DNA from: Spirochaetia bacterium
GTDB taxonomy: Bacteria > Spirochaetota > Spirochaetia > SZUA-6 > Fen-1364
Assembly (NCBI GenBank): GCA_049514475.1
Contig: JBEKVA010000001.1
Location: forward strand, 1 to 40,176
DNA: 40,176 nucleotides
Direction of reading: 5' to 3'
This document shows, piece by piece, positions 26,065 to 34,480 of the stretch (its first letter is position 1; each line of letters opens with the position of its first letter). The notes below the pieces were generated by a model that saw only the letters and a list, made by a program, of their open reading frames with translations, did not search any database and had not been told where the DNA came from. A program made the translations under genes and the position numbers.

Positions 26065-26850
26065 GTGGTGATGCCCATCCTGCTCGTGGTCGGCCTCATC
26101 GTGGCGCGCGGCATCTCGGCACTCAACTGGCAGTTTCTCACCACCATGCCGCACGGGGGCATGAAGGAAGGCGGGATCCTGCCCGCCATCGTGGGCACAC
26201 TGTGGCTCACCCTGGGCACGGCGCTGGTGGCGGTTCCCATCGGTGTGGGAGGTGCCGTCTACCTCTCCGAGTACGCGCGCGACACGCGGCTGACCCGCGC
26301 CATCCGGCTTGCCATCGTGAACCTCGCCGGGATCCCCTCCATCGTCTACGGGCTGTTCGGACTCGGCATGTTCGTGCTGTTTTTCCGGTTCGGCACCTCG
26401 ATCCTCGCCGGCTCCCTCACCCTTGCCATCATGACCCTGCCGGTGATCATCAGCACCGCGGAGGAGGCGCTGCGCGCGGTGCCGCAGGAGTTCCGCACCG
26501 TCTCGGCCAGCCTGGGGGGCACCCGCTGGCAGGGCATCAGGAACATCGTGCTGCCGCAGGCGCTCCCCGGCATCATCACCGGGGTGATCCTGGGGCTGCT
26601 GCGCGCGGCGGGGGAGACCGCGCCGATCCTCTTCACCGTGGCCGCTTTCTACCTGCCGCGGCTTCCCTCATCCCCGCTGGACCAGACCATGGCCCTCCCC
26701 TATCACCTGTACGTCATCAGTACGCAGGTCCCCGGCATGCCGCTGGCCGTGCAGTACGGCACCGCCATGGTCCTGCTGGGGCTTGTGCTCTCCCTGAACA
26801 TCGTGGCCTCCCTCATCCGCAGGCATTTCCGGAGGAAGCGGCAGTGGTAG
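26065..26850 (+). CDS. pstA: Phosphate ABC transporter permease PstA (start uncertain, probably further upstream)
   Basis: …ISTAEEALRAVPQEFRTVSASLGGTRWQGIRNIVLPQALPG… is the PstA EAA loop. The frame is open upstream to 25870 and encodes LKNRAIAQRLGFFLLGLITLIVV, but it has no ATG, GTG or TTG before 26065. Confidence 0.85.
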   Translation: MVMPILLVVGLIVARGISALNWQFLTTMPHGGMKEGGILPAIVGTLWLTLGTALVAVPIGVGGAVYLSEYARDTRLTRAIRLAIVNLAGIPSIVYGLFGLGMFVLFFRFGTSILAGSLTLAIMTLPVIISTAEEALRAVPQEFRTVSASLGGTRWQGIRNIVLPQALPGIITGVILGLLRAAGETAPILFTVAAFYLPRLPSSPLDQTMALPYHLYVISTQVPGMPLAVQYGTAMVLLGLVLSLNIVASLIRRHFRRKRQW

Positions 26851-27656
26851 TGACGAACGCCCATCCCGTGCAGCGCGGCGTGGACGCCGCCGGCACGGCG
26901 GAGGCAGCGAAGGTCCGCGTCGAAGGGCTCAGCTACTGGTACGGGGACAAGCAGACGCTGAACGGGGTGACCTTCGAGGTGCCCGAGCGCGCCGTCACCG
27001 TTCTCTTCGGCCCTGCCGGGGGGGGCAAGACCACCCTCATGCGGCTGATCAACAGGCTGAATGACATGGTGGACGGAACCCAGATGACGGGACGCATCCT
27101 GCTGGACAGCGAGGACATCTACGCGCCGGGCACCGACCTCACGCGCCTGCGCCGCAGGGTCGGGATGGTATTCGCCCTGCCGCTGCCGCTGCCGGGTACC
27201 GTGCGCGAGAACGTGACATACGGCCCGCGGCTGGCCGGGGAGAGGAGCGCCGCACGGCTGTCGGAGATCGTGGAGCGCAGCCTCTCCCAGGCCGCCCTCT
27301 GGGCCGAGGTGAAGGACAGGCTTGATGCGCCGGCGCTCAGCCTCTCCGGCGGCCAGCAGCAGAGGCTGTGCATTGCCCGCAGCCTTGCCCTGGAGCCGGA
27401 GGTCCTGCTCCTGGACGAGCCGACCTCGGGCCTGGACCCCATTTCCACCGCGAAGGTGGAAGAGTCGCTGTTCGAGCTGAAGAAACAGTATGCCGTTGTG
27501 ATTGTCCCCCACAGCGTCCAGCAGGCGGCGCGGATCGCGGATTTCGCCGCCTTTTTCCTGGGCAGCCAGATGGTGGAGTACGGCGAGGGCCCGCAAGTGT
27601 TCACCTCCCCGCGGGACAAGCGCACCGAGGACTACGTGACGGGGAGGTTCGGCTAG
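26850..27656 (+). CDS. pstB: Divergent phosphate-transporter ATPase paralogue (PstB1)
   Basis: The GTG at 26850 overlaps the last base of the pstA TAG. Walker A GPAGGGKTT, signature LSGGQQQRL, Walker B LLLDEPTSGLD, H-loop VPHSVQQA, and the PstB tail [16 protein letters not shown]. The Q-loop Gln is replaced: VGMVFALPLPLP versus [12 protein letters not shown] in the next gene. Confidence 0.85.
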   Translation: MTNAHPVQRGVDAAGTAEAAKVRVEGLSYWYGDKQTLNGVTFEVPERAVTVLFGPAGGGKTTLMRLINRLNDMVDGTQMTGRILLDSEDIYAPGTDLTRLRRRVGMVFALPLPLPGTVRENVTYGPRLAGERSAARLSEIVERSLSQAALWAEVKDRLDAPALSLSGGQQQRLCIARSLALEPEVLLLDEPTSGLDPISTAKVEESLFELKKQYAVVIVPHSVQQAARIADFAAFFLGSQMVEYGEGPQVFTSPRDKRTEDYVTGRFG

Positions 27657-27659
27657 GCG

Positions 27660-28427
27660 ATGGGAAAGATCTCCGTCAGCAGGCTGAGCTTCCGCTACGG
27701 CTCCCGCGTCGCCCTGGAGGACGTGACATTGTCCATGGAGGAGCGGCAGATCACCGCGCTGATCGGCCCCTCCGGCTGCGGCAAGTCGACGTTCCTGCGC
27801 TGCCTCAACCGCATGAACGACACCATCCCCGGCGCCCGCGCCGAGGGGAGCGTGCACATTGACGGAATGGACGTCTACGCGCCGGCCACCGACGTGGTGG
27901 AGCTGCGAAAGCGGGTGGGCATGGTCTTCCAGAGGCCCAACCCTTTTCCCCAGAGCATTTTCGACAACGTCGCATTCGGCCCCCGGGTGCTGGGGACCCA
28001 CCGGGGAGGCGCCCTTGCGGATCAGGTGGAGAAAAGCCTCCGGGCAGCCGATCTTTGGGATGAGGTGAAAAATTCCCTGCGCCAGGACGCGCTGGCCTTG
28101 TCCCTGGGACAGCAGCAGCGGCTCTGTATTGCCCGGGTGGTGGCGGTGGCCCCAGAGGTGATCCTCATGGACGAGCCGTGCTCCGCGCTTGACCCCATTG
28201 CCACCCTGCGGGTGGAGGAGCTGATGCGCACGCTGACGGAGAAGTATACGATCGTCATCGTGACGCACAACATGCAGCAGGCCGCCCGCGTCTCCGACAG
28301 GACGGGCTTTTTCTGGCTGAACGAGCGCAAGGCGGGCATCCTGGCGGAGGTCGGGGACACGCAGCAGGTGTTCACCAGCCCTCGGGACAAGAGGACCGAG
28401 GACTACATTACGGGAAGGTTCGGGTAG
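27660..28427 (+). CDS. pstB: Phosphate ABC transporter ATPase PstB (canonical copy)
   Basis: [63 protein letters not shown]. Confidence 0.95.
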   Translation: MGKISVSRLSFRYGSRVALEDVTLSMEERQITALIGPSGCGKSTFLRCLNRMNDTIPGARAEGSVHIDGMDVYAPATDVVELRKRVGMVFQRPNPFPQSIFDNVAFGPRVLGTHRGGALADQVEKSLRAADLWDEVKNSLRQDALALSLGQQQRLCIARVVAVAPEVILMDEPCSALDPIATLRVEELMRTLTEKYTIVIVTHNMQQAARVSDRTGFFWLNERKAGILAEVGDTQQVFTSPRDKRTEDYITGRFG

Positions 28428-28515
28428 GGAGGCGCGCACGCGCGGCGCCAAATCCGTGGTGTACCGCGGCGCGCAAATCCGCCAAAGCGCGGCGCCCCCA
28501 CCCATAGGAGGAACG

Positions 28516-29184
28516 ATGCCGAGAGAAAAGTTCGAACACGACCTGCGCCGCCTGCAGGATGAAATACTGGAGCTGGGCGCCATGGCGGAGAATGCCGTCA
28601 CCGAATCCGTGCAGGCCCTGAAGAACCAGGACCTGGCGAAGGCCCACGCCATCATGGACGGCGACAAGGCGATCAACGAGAAACGCTACGCGATCGAAAA
28701 TGAGGCCCTCACGCTGATTGCCACGCAGCAGCCCATGGCGGGAGACCTGCGCACGCTGGCCGCGATCTTCGAGATCGCCACGGAGCTCGAGCGCATTGCT
28801 GACTATGCGAAGGGCATCGCGAACATCGCGGTGATGATCGGCAGCGAGATCCTCATCAAGCCCCTGGTTGACGTCCCGCACATGGCGGCAAAGGCCTGCG
28901 ACATGCTGCACCGCTCACTGGAAGCTTTCCTGCGCTCGGACGTGGAGGCTGCCCGCGCGCTCCCGCGGGAGGACGCGGAGGTGGACGCGCTCTATGACAG
29001 GATCTACCGCGAGCTGATCACCTACATCATGGCCGACCCCAAGGCCCTTGACCAGGCCACACGGCTGACGTGGGTGGCGCACAACCTGGAGCGCGTGGCA
29101 GACCGCGTGGGCAACATCTGCGAGCGCATCGTGTTTTCCATCACGGGCCACGGCGAGGAGCTCGACGGTCCCCTGAGCCGGTAG
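28516..29184 (+). CDS. phoU: Phosphate-signalling regulator PhoU
   Basis: RBS TAGGAGGAA. MPREKFEHDLRRLQDEILELG… The duplicated PhoU repeat carries the E(L)ERI(A)D motifs ATELERIADYA and AHNLERVADRV. Confidence 0.9.
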   Translation: MPREKFEHDLRRLQDEILELGAMAENAVTESVQALKNQDLAKAHAIMDGDKAINEKRYAIENEALTLIATQQPMAGDLRTLAAIFEIATELERIADYAKGIANIAVMIGSEILIKPLVDVPHMAAKACDMLHRSLEAFLRSDVEAARALPREDAEVDALYDRIYRELITYIMADPKALDQATRLTWVAHNLERVADRVGNICERIVFSITGHGEELDGPLSR

Positions 29185-29196
29185 CGCGCCCGGGGC

Positions 29197-29229
29197 GGGC
29201 GCCTTAGCGGGGGCGCCTCGGCGGGCGCC
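29197..29229. repeat. Three closely spaced GGGCGCC motifs after phoU
   Basis: GGGCGCC at 29197-29203, 29211-29217 and 29223-29229. GGCGCC is palindromic, so neighbouring copies can form alternative GC hairpins. This may be a termination region. Confidence 0.4.
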
Positions 29230-29316
29230 CTGGCGCGCGTACAGGCGTGCTTCCCCCAAGCTGCCGCGGCCGTGTACACGCGCACTCAAACGGGATACAG
29301 TCCCGCTCTGGACAGT

Positions 29317-31335
29317 ATGAGCGATTCGCCACAAAGGAAGTTCCTTGCCCGGGTGAAGGGCGTAGTGCTCGGAGGCGCGCGGGACTTTCGTGATCCCGCC
29401 ATCTTTCACAAGCTTTCTCTCATTGCATTTATCGCGTGGGTGGGCCTGGGCGCGGACGGCCTGTCATCAGCCAATTATGGGCCCGAGGAGTCGTTCCTGG
29501 CCCTTGGTGCCCACGGGTTCCTGGGCATCTTCGTGGCATTGGCCACGGCGCTGACCATCTTCGTCATTGCTTCCAGCTATTCGCAGATCGTGGAGCTCTT
29601 CCCCTCGGGAGGCGGCGGGTACCTCGTTGCCAGCAAGCTGCTCAGCCCGACCCTCGGCATGATATCGGGCTGCGCCCTGCTCATCGACTACGTGCTCACC
29701 ATCACCCTCTCCATTGCAAGCGGGGCGGATGCCATCTTCAGCTTTCTCCCGCTGGGCATGCAGCCGCTGAAGCTCCTGTTGGCCGTTCTCGGGGTGCTTG
29801 CGCTGACGCTCTTGAACCTCCGCGGCGTGCGGGAATCCGTGGCGCCGCTGGTCCCCATCTTCCTCCTGTTCCTTGTCACCCACACTTTCGCCATCGTGTA
29901 CGCCCTTACTACTCACATTCCCGAGGTCGGCGCCGTGGCACGCCAGACGGCCATCGACGCGCGGGCGGCAACGGCCCAGCTTGGATCATTCGGCGTCTTC
30001 CTCCTGGTGCTGCGCGCCTACAGCATGGGCGCGGGGACCTACACGGGAATAGAGGCGGTGAGCAACGGCCTGCCTATCCTGCGCGAGCCGCGCGTGCAGA
30101 CGGCCAAGCGCACCATGCGCTACATGGCAATTTCCCTGGCATTCATGGCCGCCGGCCTGATGATCGGCTATCTCCTCTTCAACGTGCGCCACGTTCCCGG
30201 CAGGACGCTGAACGCGGTGCTCATGGAGAGCATTGCCCGCGGCTGGGGCGGGGGAGGCTACGCGTTCGTCCTCATCACGCTGATCTCGGAGGCCGTGCTC
30301 CTGTTCGTGGCCGCGCAAACGGGCTTCCTCGACGGCCCGCGGGTGCTTGCCAACATGTCGCTGGACCGGTGGCTTCCCACGCAGTTCAGCCTCCTCAGCG
30401 AGCGGCTTGTCATCAAGAATGGCATCGTGCTCATGGGCGGCGCCGCGCTGGTCCTGATGCTGGTAAGCCGCGGCTCGGTGCTCTTCCTCATTGTCCTGTA
30501 CGCCATCAACGTGTTCATCACCTTCTGCCTCTCGCAGGCGGGCATGGTGCGTCATTGGTGGAAGGAGCGGAAGACGGTCAGGACCTGGAAGAGGAAAATC
30601 CTGATCAACGGGTTCGGGCTCATCCTCTGCGGGTTCATCCTTGTTTCCCAGGTCATCCTCAAGTTCAGGGAGGGCGGCTGGATCACCCTGCTTGTCACAG
30701 GATCCCTGGTGACGGTGGCAATCCTGGTCAAACGATTCTATTTCAGCACCGGCCGGCGCCTTGCCCACCTGGACCACCTGATGACCGCCGTTGCCGACCA
30801 GGAGACGCAAACTCCCCCCGCGGCCGCGGAGCTGCCACCGGGGGAAAAGCGCAGGCACGCGCTGCGCTTCGACCCGAAGGGCAAGACGGCGGTGATCCTC
30901 GTCTCCGGCTTCAACGGCACCGGGCTGCACACCCTCTTCAGCGTGCGAAAGGTCTTCGGTGATGCGTTCCGCAACTGGTTTTTCATCGAAGCCGGCATCA
31001 TCGACGCCGACCGGTTCAAGGGAGCCGAGGGGCTTGAGAAGCTGAAACTGCACGTGGACGGCGACCTTTCCCGCTACGTGAAGTTCCTGAAGGCGGAGGG
31101 CTTTTACGCGCAGGGCTTCTCGGCGGTGGGCACCGATGTCTCCGACGAGGTCTGCGGCCTGGCGGAGTCCATCTATGACAAGTACCCCGGCGCCGTGTTC
31201 TTCGGCGGCCAGATCGTTTTCCCCGAGGACTCCTTTCTCACCCGCATGCTGTTCAACCACACCACCTTCGCCGTTCAGCGCCGCCTGCACCAGCTCGGCA
31301 TCCCCTTCCTCGTGATGCCCTGCCGGGTGGAGTAG
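29317..31335 (+). CDS. APC-superfamily permease with cytoplasmic C-terminal domain, KimA (YdaO)-like putative K+ importer
   Basis: 12 TM helices plus a roughly 200-aa soluble tail. Several segments parallel my recollection of B. subtilis KimA:
- GADGLSSANYGPEE versus SSDALSSVAYGTEQ
- ELFPSGGGGYLVASK versus YAYPQGGGAYIVSK
- LLIDYVLTITLSIASGADAI versus LLVDYILTVAVSISAGTDAI
- TGIEAVSNGLPILREP versus TGVEAISNAIPAFKNP
Start placed at ATG 29317; the track gives GTG 29272. Confidence 0.65.
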   Translation: MSDSPQRKFLARVKGVVLGGARDFRDPAIFHKLSLIAFIAWVGLGADGLSSANYGPEESFLALGAHGFLGIFVALATALTIFVIASSYSQIVELFPSGGGGYLVASKLLSPTLGMISGCALLIDYVLTITLSIASGADAIFSFLPLGMQPLKLLLAVLGVLALTLLNLRGVRESVAPLVPIFLLFLVTHTFAIVYALTTHIPEVGAVARQTAIDARAATAQLGSFGVFLLVLRAYSMGAGTYTGIEAVSNGLPILREPRVQTAKRTMRYMAISLAFMAAGLMIGYLLFNVRHVPGRTLNAVLMESIARGWGGGGYAFVLITLISEAVLLFVAAQTGFLDGPRVLANMSLDRWLPTQFSLLSERLVIKNGIVLMGGAALVLMLVSRGSVLFLIVLYAINVFITFCLSQAGMVRHWWKERKTVRTWKRKILINGFGLILCGFILVSQVILKFREGGWITLLVTGSLVTVAILVKRFYFSTGRRLAHLDHLMTAVADQETQTPPAAAELPPGEKRRHALRFDPKGKTAVILVSGFNGTGLHTLFSVRKVFGDAFRNWFFIEAGIIDADRFKGAEGLEKLKLHVDGDLSRYVKFLKAEGFYAQGFSAVGTDVSDEVCGLAESIYDKYPGAVFFGGQIVFPEDSFLTRMLFNHTTFAVQRRLHQLGIPFLVMPCRVE

Positions 31336-31427
31336 GCGGCAAAAAGAAAGCGGGGGTTCCACCTTCGGAGGGGCCGGCCCTGCCCGTGGTTCTGCTTGTT
31401 TCCCCTTCTCCTCGACAGTACATTTAA

Positions 31428-31451
31428 GGAAAGGCGGTTTTCCGCCTTTCC
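31428..31451. terminator. Perfect 10-bp hairpin with TTTT loop downstream of the permease gene
   Basis: GGAAAGGCGG (31428-31437), TTTT, CCGCCTTTCC (31442-31451). No downstream U-tract. Confidence 0.3.
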
Positions 31452-31458
31452 CAGGCCG

Positions 31459-31499
31459 CCCCGCACGGGGGACCGAAGGGCTTGCCCGCACGGGAAGCC
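31459..31499 (+). promoter_or_regulatory. Two GCAC-loop hairpins in the hsp20 upstream region
   Basis: First hairpin: CCCC-GCAC-GGGG (31459-31470). Second hairpin: GGCTT(G)CCC-GCAC-GGGAAGCC (31479-31499). They lie 28-68 nt upstream of the hsp20 ATG. Function unknown; an operator or an RNA thermosensor are possibilities. Confidence 0.25.
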
Positions 31500-31526
31500 G
31501 TTGACCTGCCACAAGGAGGCACGATC

Positions 31527-32069
31527 ATGACCAACAGGGTATTCACGTTCGATCTAGGGCGCATCATGGATGAGGCGTTCAAGTTCGCCGAGAGCTTCGG
31601 AGATTCCTTCGGCGCGGACGCGGCGGAAAAGATGCGCCAGGCTGCCGAGCAGTTCGGGCGCGGGCCCTTCGGAAACCCCGATTACTATCCCGCCTACATG
31701 TACCCTCCCTCCACGATCTATCTTACGCGGGAGAAGAAGCTCGTCGTCGAGATAGCGCTCGCCGGTTTTGACGAGAAGGACATCAGCGTGCAGTTCCGCG
31801 GGGATCACCTGCTGTTCTCAGCCCGGGCGCCGAAGAGCACGGAGAGCGACGAGGGGGCCCAGTATTTCAAGCGCCGCCTGAAGCTCAAGGACATCGAGGA
31901 GCAGCGTTACTATGCGCCGGCCGACAAGTTCGACCAGGCAGGGACGCAGGCGAGCTATCACAACGGGCTGTTGAAGCTCGTCGTTCCCCCGCGGGAACAG
32001 CCCGAGACAGGTGAGGAAATACGCATCCGAATCCGCGGAAGCGGAGAGACGGGGCCCGGTCCCGCATAG
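31527..32069 (+). CDS. Small heat-shock protein (Hsp20/alpha-crystallin, IbpA-like)
   Basis: RBS AAGGAGG. The alpha-crystallin core is …PPSTIYLTREKKLVVEIALAGFDEKDISVQFRGDHLLFSARAP…YFKRRLKLKD…ASYHNGLLKLVVP. Confidence 0.85.
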   Translation: MTNRVFTFDLGRIMDEAFKFAESFGDSFGADAAEKMRQAAEQFGRGPFGNPDYYPAYMYPPSTIYLTREKKLVVEIALAGFDEKDISVQFRGDHLLFSARAPKSTESDEGAQYFKRRLKLKDIEEQRYYAPADKFDQAGTQASYHNGLLKLVVPPREQPETGEEIRIRIRGSGETGPGPA

Positions 32070-32230
32070 CCGCAGGAGGCGTCATCCGCGCCCGGGGGAG
32101 TCTTTCCCGACTGGGCGCGGCACTTTACACTCCCCTCCCTCGGCGGTATATACTCCGCCAGATCGCACTTCCGCCGCGCGCCGCAATCCCCATGCACGGA
32201 ACACCCGTTTAAAAGGAGGAGAGGACAACA

Positions 32231-33571
32231 GTGCACCGCTGGCTTTCGCGTCTGAACATATCCCTGGCCCTCGCCGCCCTGCTCTGCGCAGCCCCCCTGT
32301 CCGCCGTTCCCGTGCTGAAGATGACGGAGCCCGCAAAGGCCCCCTTCGTGCTCTACGCCCGCTCGGCCATCCTCATAGACCAGGTGACGGGCCGGATCCT
32401 CTATGAGCGCAACGCGGATCAGCCCTTCGTGCCGGCCTCCCTTGCCAAGCTCATGACGCTGCACATCATCTACGAGAAGCTCGACGATCGTTCCATCTCC
32501 CGTTCCGACGTGGTTCACCTCACCTCGAACGCGTGGGCCGCTCACCAGGCGCCGGGCTCCAGCCTCATGAATCTCGGCCCCGGGCAGATCGTGACGGTTG
32601 AAGAGCTGATGAAGGGAGTGGCCATCGCGTCGGGTAATGACGCGGCCACCGCGCTGGCGGAATACGTGGCAGGGAGCACGCGCGGCTTCATACGCCTCAT
32701 GAACGATGAGGCGAGGTTCCTCGGGTACACCATCACGCATTTCACCGACCCGGCGGGAGTCAGGGAGGACAACCTTGTGACCGCGCGGGAGTTCGCCGAT
32801 TTCTGCCGGCGCTACATCGCCCTGCATCCCGAGGCGCTGAAGGAGCTGCACTCCCTGCGCGAGTTCGACTATCCCCTTGCGCAGAATATACCTGACGGAC
32901 GGCTCGTGCCCCGGGAAACGAAGAAGCAGTACAATGCCAACTACCTGGTCTGGGACGGCTGGGGCGTCGACGGGCTGAAGACGGGTCATCTGGACGATGA
33001 CAACTTCACGGCGGCAATCACCGCGCGCCGGGGGGACAGCCGGCTGATCGCCGTGCTGCTCGGCGTGAGCGGCCGCTCCCTTGAAGAGGGGGCGCGCAAC
33101 CGCCTTGATGACGGGATGGCACTCCTTTCGTATGGATTCCGCACCTATACCACCATAGAGCTCGAGCCGCCCCGCCTCCCCGCGGTGCACGTCTGGAAGG
33201 GGGAGTCACAGGAACTGCCTATCGTTCCCTCGGCTCCCGTGAACCTCACCGTGCGGCCAACGGAAATGGACAAGCTTTCCTACTCCGTGATGCTCTCCAC
33301 TCCCCTGGTGGCGCCTCTCATGCGGGGACAGAGAGTCGGAGAGCTGGTATACACGGCGGGAAGCGAAGTGATTGGCCGGATCCCCCTGGTGGCTGCCTCT
33401 GCCGTGCAGCGCGCCGGCCTTCTGAGGCGGATGTGGGACACGGCGGTACTGGGATTTTCCTCGGCGGTGGGCGGCACGCTTTCCGCCCTGCACGCAAGCT
33501 TTTCAGGCCTTCCCCTCGCGGAGATGACCCCCGCACGGAGTGAACCCCCCGCTGACGCCAGGACTCCCTAA
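32231..33571 (+). CDS. Serine-type D-Ala-D-Ala carboxypeptidase (PBP5/6, peptidase S11)
   Basis: Signal peptide. SxxK = PASLAKLMT, SxN = ASGNDAA, KTG = LKTGHL, followed by a PBP5 C-terminal beta-domain. GTG start. Confidence 0.9.
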   Translation: MHRWLSRLNISLALAALLCAAPLSAVPVLKMTEPAKAPFVLYARSAILIDQVTGRILYERNADQPFVPASLAKLMTLHIIYEKLDDRSISRSDVVHLTSNAWAAHQAPGSSLMNLGPGQIVTVEELMKGVAIASGNDAATALAEYVAGSTRGFIRLMNDEARFLGYTITHFTDPAGVREDNLVTAREFADFCRRYIALHPEALKELHSLREFDYPLAQNIPDGRLVPRETKKQYNANYLVWDGWGVDGLKTGHLDDDNFTAAITARRGDSRLIAVLLGVSGRSLEEGARNRLDDGMALLSYGFRTYTTIELEPPRLPAVHVWKGESQELPIVPSAPVNLTVRPTEMDKLSYSVMLSTPLVAPLMRGQRVGELVYTAGSEVIGRIPLVAASAVQRAGLLRRMWDTAVLGFSSAVGGTLSALHASFSGLPLAEMTPARSEPPADARTP

Positions 33572-33574
33572 GGC

Positions 33575-33727
33575 TCAGCGGTGCTCGTCGTCATGGTGCT
33601 GATCGTCATGTTCCTGCCGCTGGTCGTCCCGATGCCTGTCGTCACTGTCTCTCCAGTGGACCCACCCGATGCAGCCGGAAAGGAATATTGTAAACGCAAG
33701 AGCCGCGATGAAAACTATCCTTCTCAT
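33575..33727 (-). CDS. 50-aa lipoprotein with His/Asp/Arg-rich tail
   Basis: ATG at 33727 follows AAGAGGGAG. Product MRRIVFIAALAFTIFLSGCIGWVHWRDSDDRHRDDQRQEHDDQHHDDEHR has the lipobox FLSGC. The mature peptide is about 32 aa and almost entirely charged. Confidence 0.5.
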   Translation of the reverse strand: MRRIVFIAALAFTIFLSGCIGWVHWRDSDDRHRDDQRQEHDDQHHDDEHR

Positions 33728-33838
33728 AGTGTGCTCCCTCTTAAAAGATAACGTGGATTTCCCGCCGTGTCCGCGCGGTGGTCCGCCGGCCATAGGAATG
33801 AGCGCCAGAATTGCTGTACATTTGCTTAAGGACGCGGC

Positions 33839-34480
33839 ATGAAGAAACTATTGATTGCAGTCAGCCTGTTCGCCGCGGCGGCGGGCACTCTTTCCGCTAA
33901 CGCCATCTGGCTGTTCGGCGGCGGTGTGGGCTACACCAATCAGGCCACCGCCGGCGGGCATCCCTGGAGCGCGTCATCCCTCGGGCTGATGGTGAACTCC
34001 TATTTCGACGTGAACGGGTCTCTGGGAGTCTACTCGGCGGCAACCATCGGGTTCATGGCCGGCGCCCAGGACAACGGCACAACCCTGAATGTCGCCCAGT
34101 ACCAGAACATCGGGCTGAATATCCTCCTGGGCGTCGGCTACAGGATGCCGCTCACCCCCGGGCTGACCGCCATTGGCGGGGCGGGAATGTACCTGGGCTC
34201 CGCGACCCTCGCGGCCAACAACCAGACTCTCTCCTCGTATTTTGCCGGCGGCTTTGGCGCAGGCATCGGGCTCTCCCTGCTGTACGCGATCTCCATGAAC
34301 TGGGGAATCGGCGTGAATATCAACGCGGCCTACTCATTCGCCAACCCAGGGGACGTGGCCCCGACGATGTCTCCCCAGGGCATAGGTATTTTCGGGGGCA
34401 TCGGCGTCACCTATTTCGCCTATCCCGTTCTCGAGGTCCCGACCTATTCGCGCTTGAAGGCCGTCACCACCACGCGGTGA
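33839..34480 (+). CDS. Gly-rich outer-membrane beta-barrel protein
   Basis: Signal peptide MKKLLIAVSLFAAAAGTLSANA. Alternating strands (…GVGYRMPLTPGLTAIGGAGMYLG…GIGVNINAAYSF…GGIGVTYFAY). Confidence 0.7.
   Translation: MKKLLIAVSLFAAAAGTLSANAIWLFGGGVGYTNQATAGGHPWSASSLGLMVNSYFDVNGSLGVYSAATIGFMAGAQDNGTTLNVAQYQNIGLNILLGVGYRMPLTPGLTAIGGAGMYLGSATLAANNQTLSSYFAGGFGAGIGLSLLYAISMNWGIGVNINAAYSFANPGDVAPTMSPQGIGIFGGIGVTYFAYPVLEVPTYSRLKAVTTTR

Noticed and set aside
25854-27656. 600-aa plus-strand ORF as a single gene
   Set aside because: Its first ~330 residues are an off-frame read through pstC and pstA (R/P/G/H-rich). The genuine product is the 268-aa PstB paralogue starting at GTG 26850.
26703-28676. 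657-aa minus-strand ORF
   Set aside because: Antisense to both pstB genes and phoU. No motifs, shadow composition.
29191-29225. G-quadruplex potential in GGGGCGGGCGCCTTAGCGGGGGCGCCTCGGCGGG
   Set aside because: Four G-tracts exist, but two loops would be about 10 nt. In a genome this GC-rich such runs are expected by chance, and hairpin formation through the GGCGCC palindromes is at least as likely.
29185-29316. c-di-AMP (ydaO) riboswitch upstream of the KimA-like gene
   Set aside because: None of the conserved ydaO sequence blocks were found, and the region is too short and consists mainly of GGGCGCC repeats.
29986-31512. 508-aa minus-strand ORF, and the 508-aa plus off-frame ORF at 29436-30962
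   Set aside because: Both overlap the KimA-like permease gene, whose frame alone yields hydrophobic helices and conserved APC motifs.
31958-33190. 410-aa minus-strand ORF
   Set aside because: Antisense to the DD-carboxypeptidase gene, which has all three penicillin-binding motifs.
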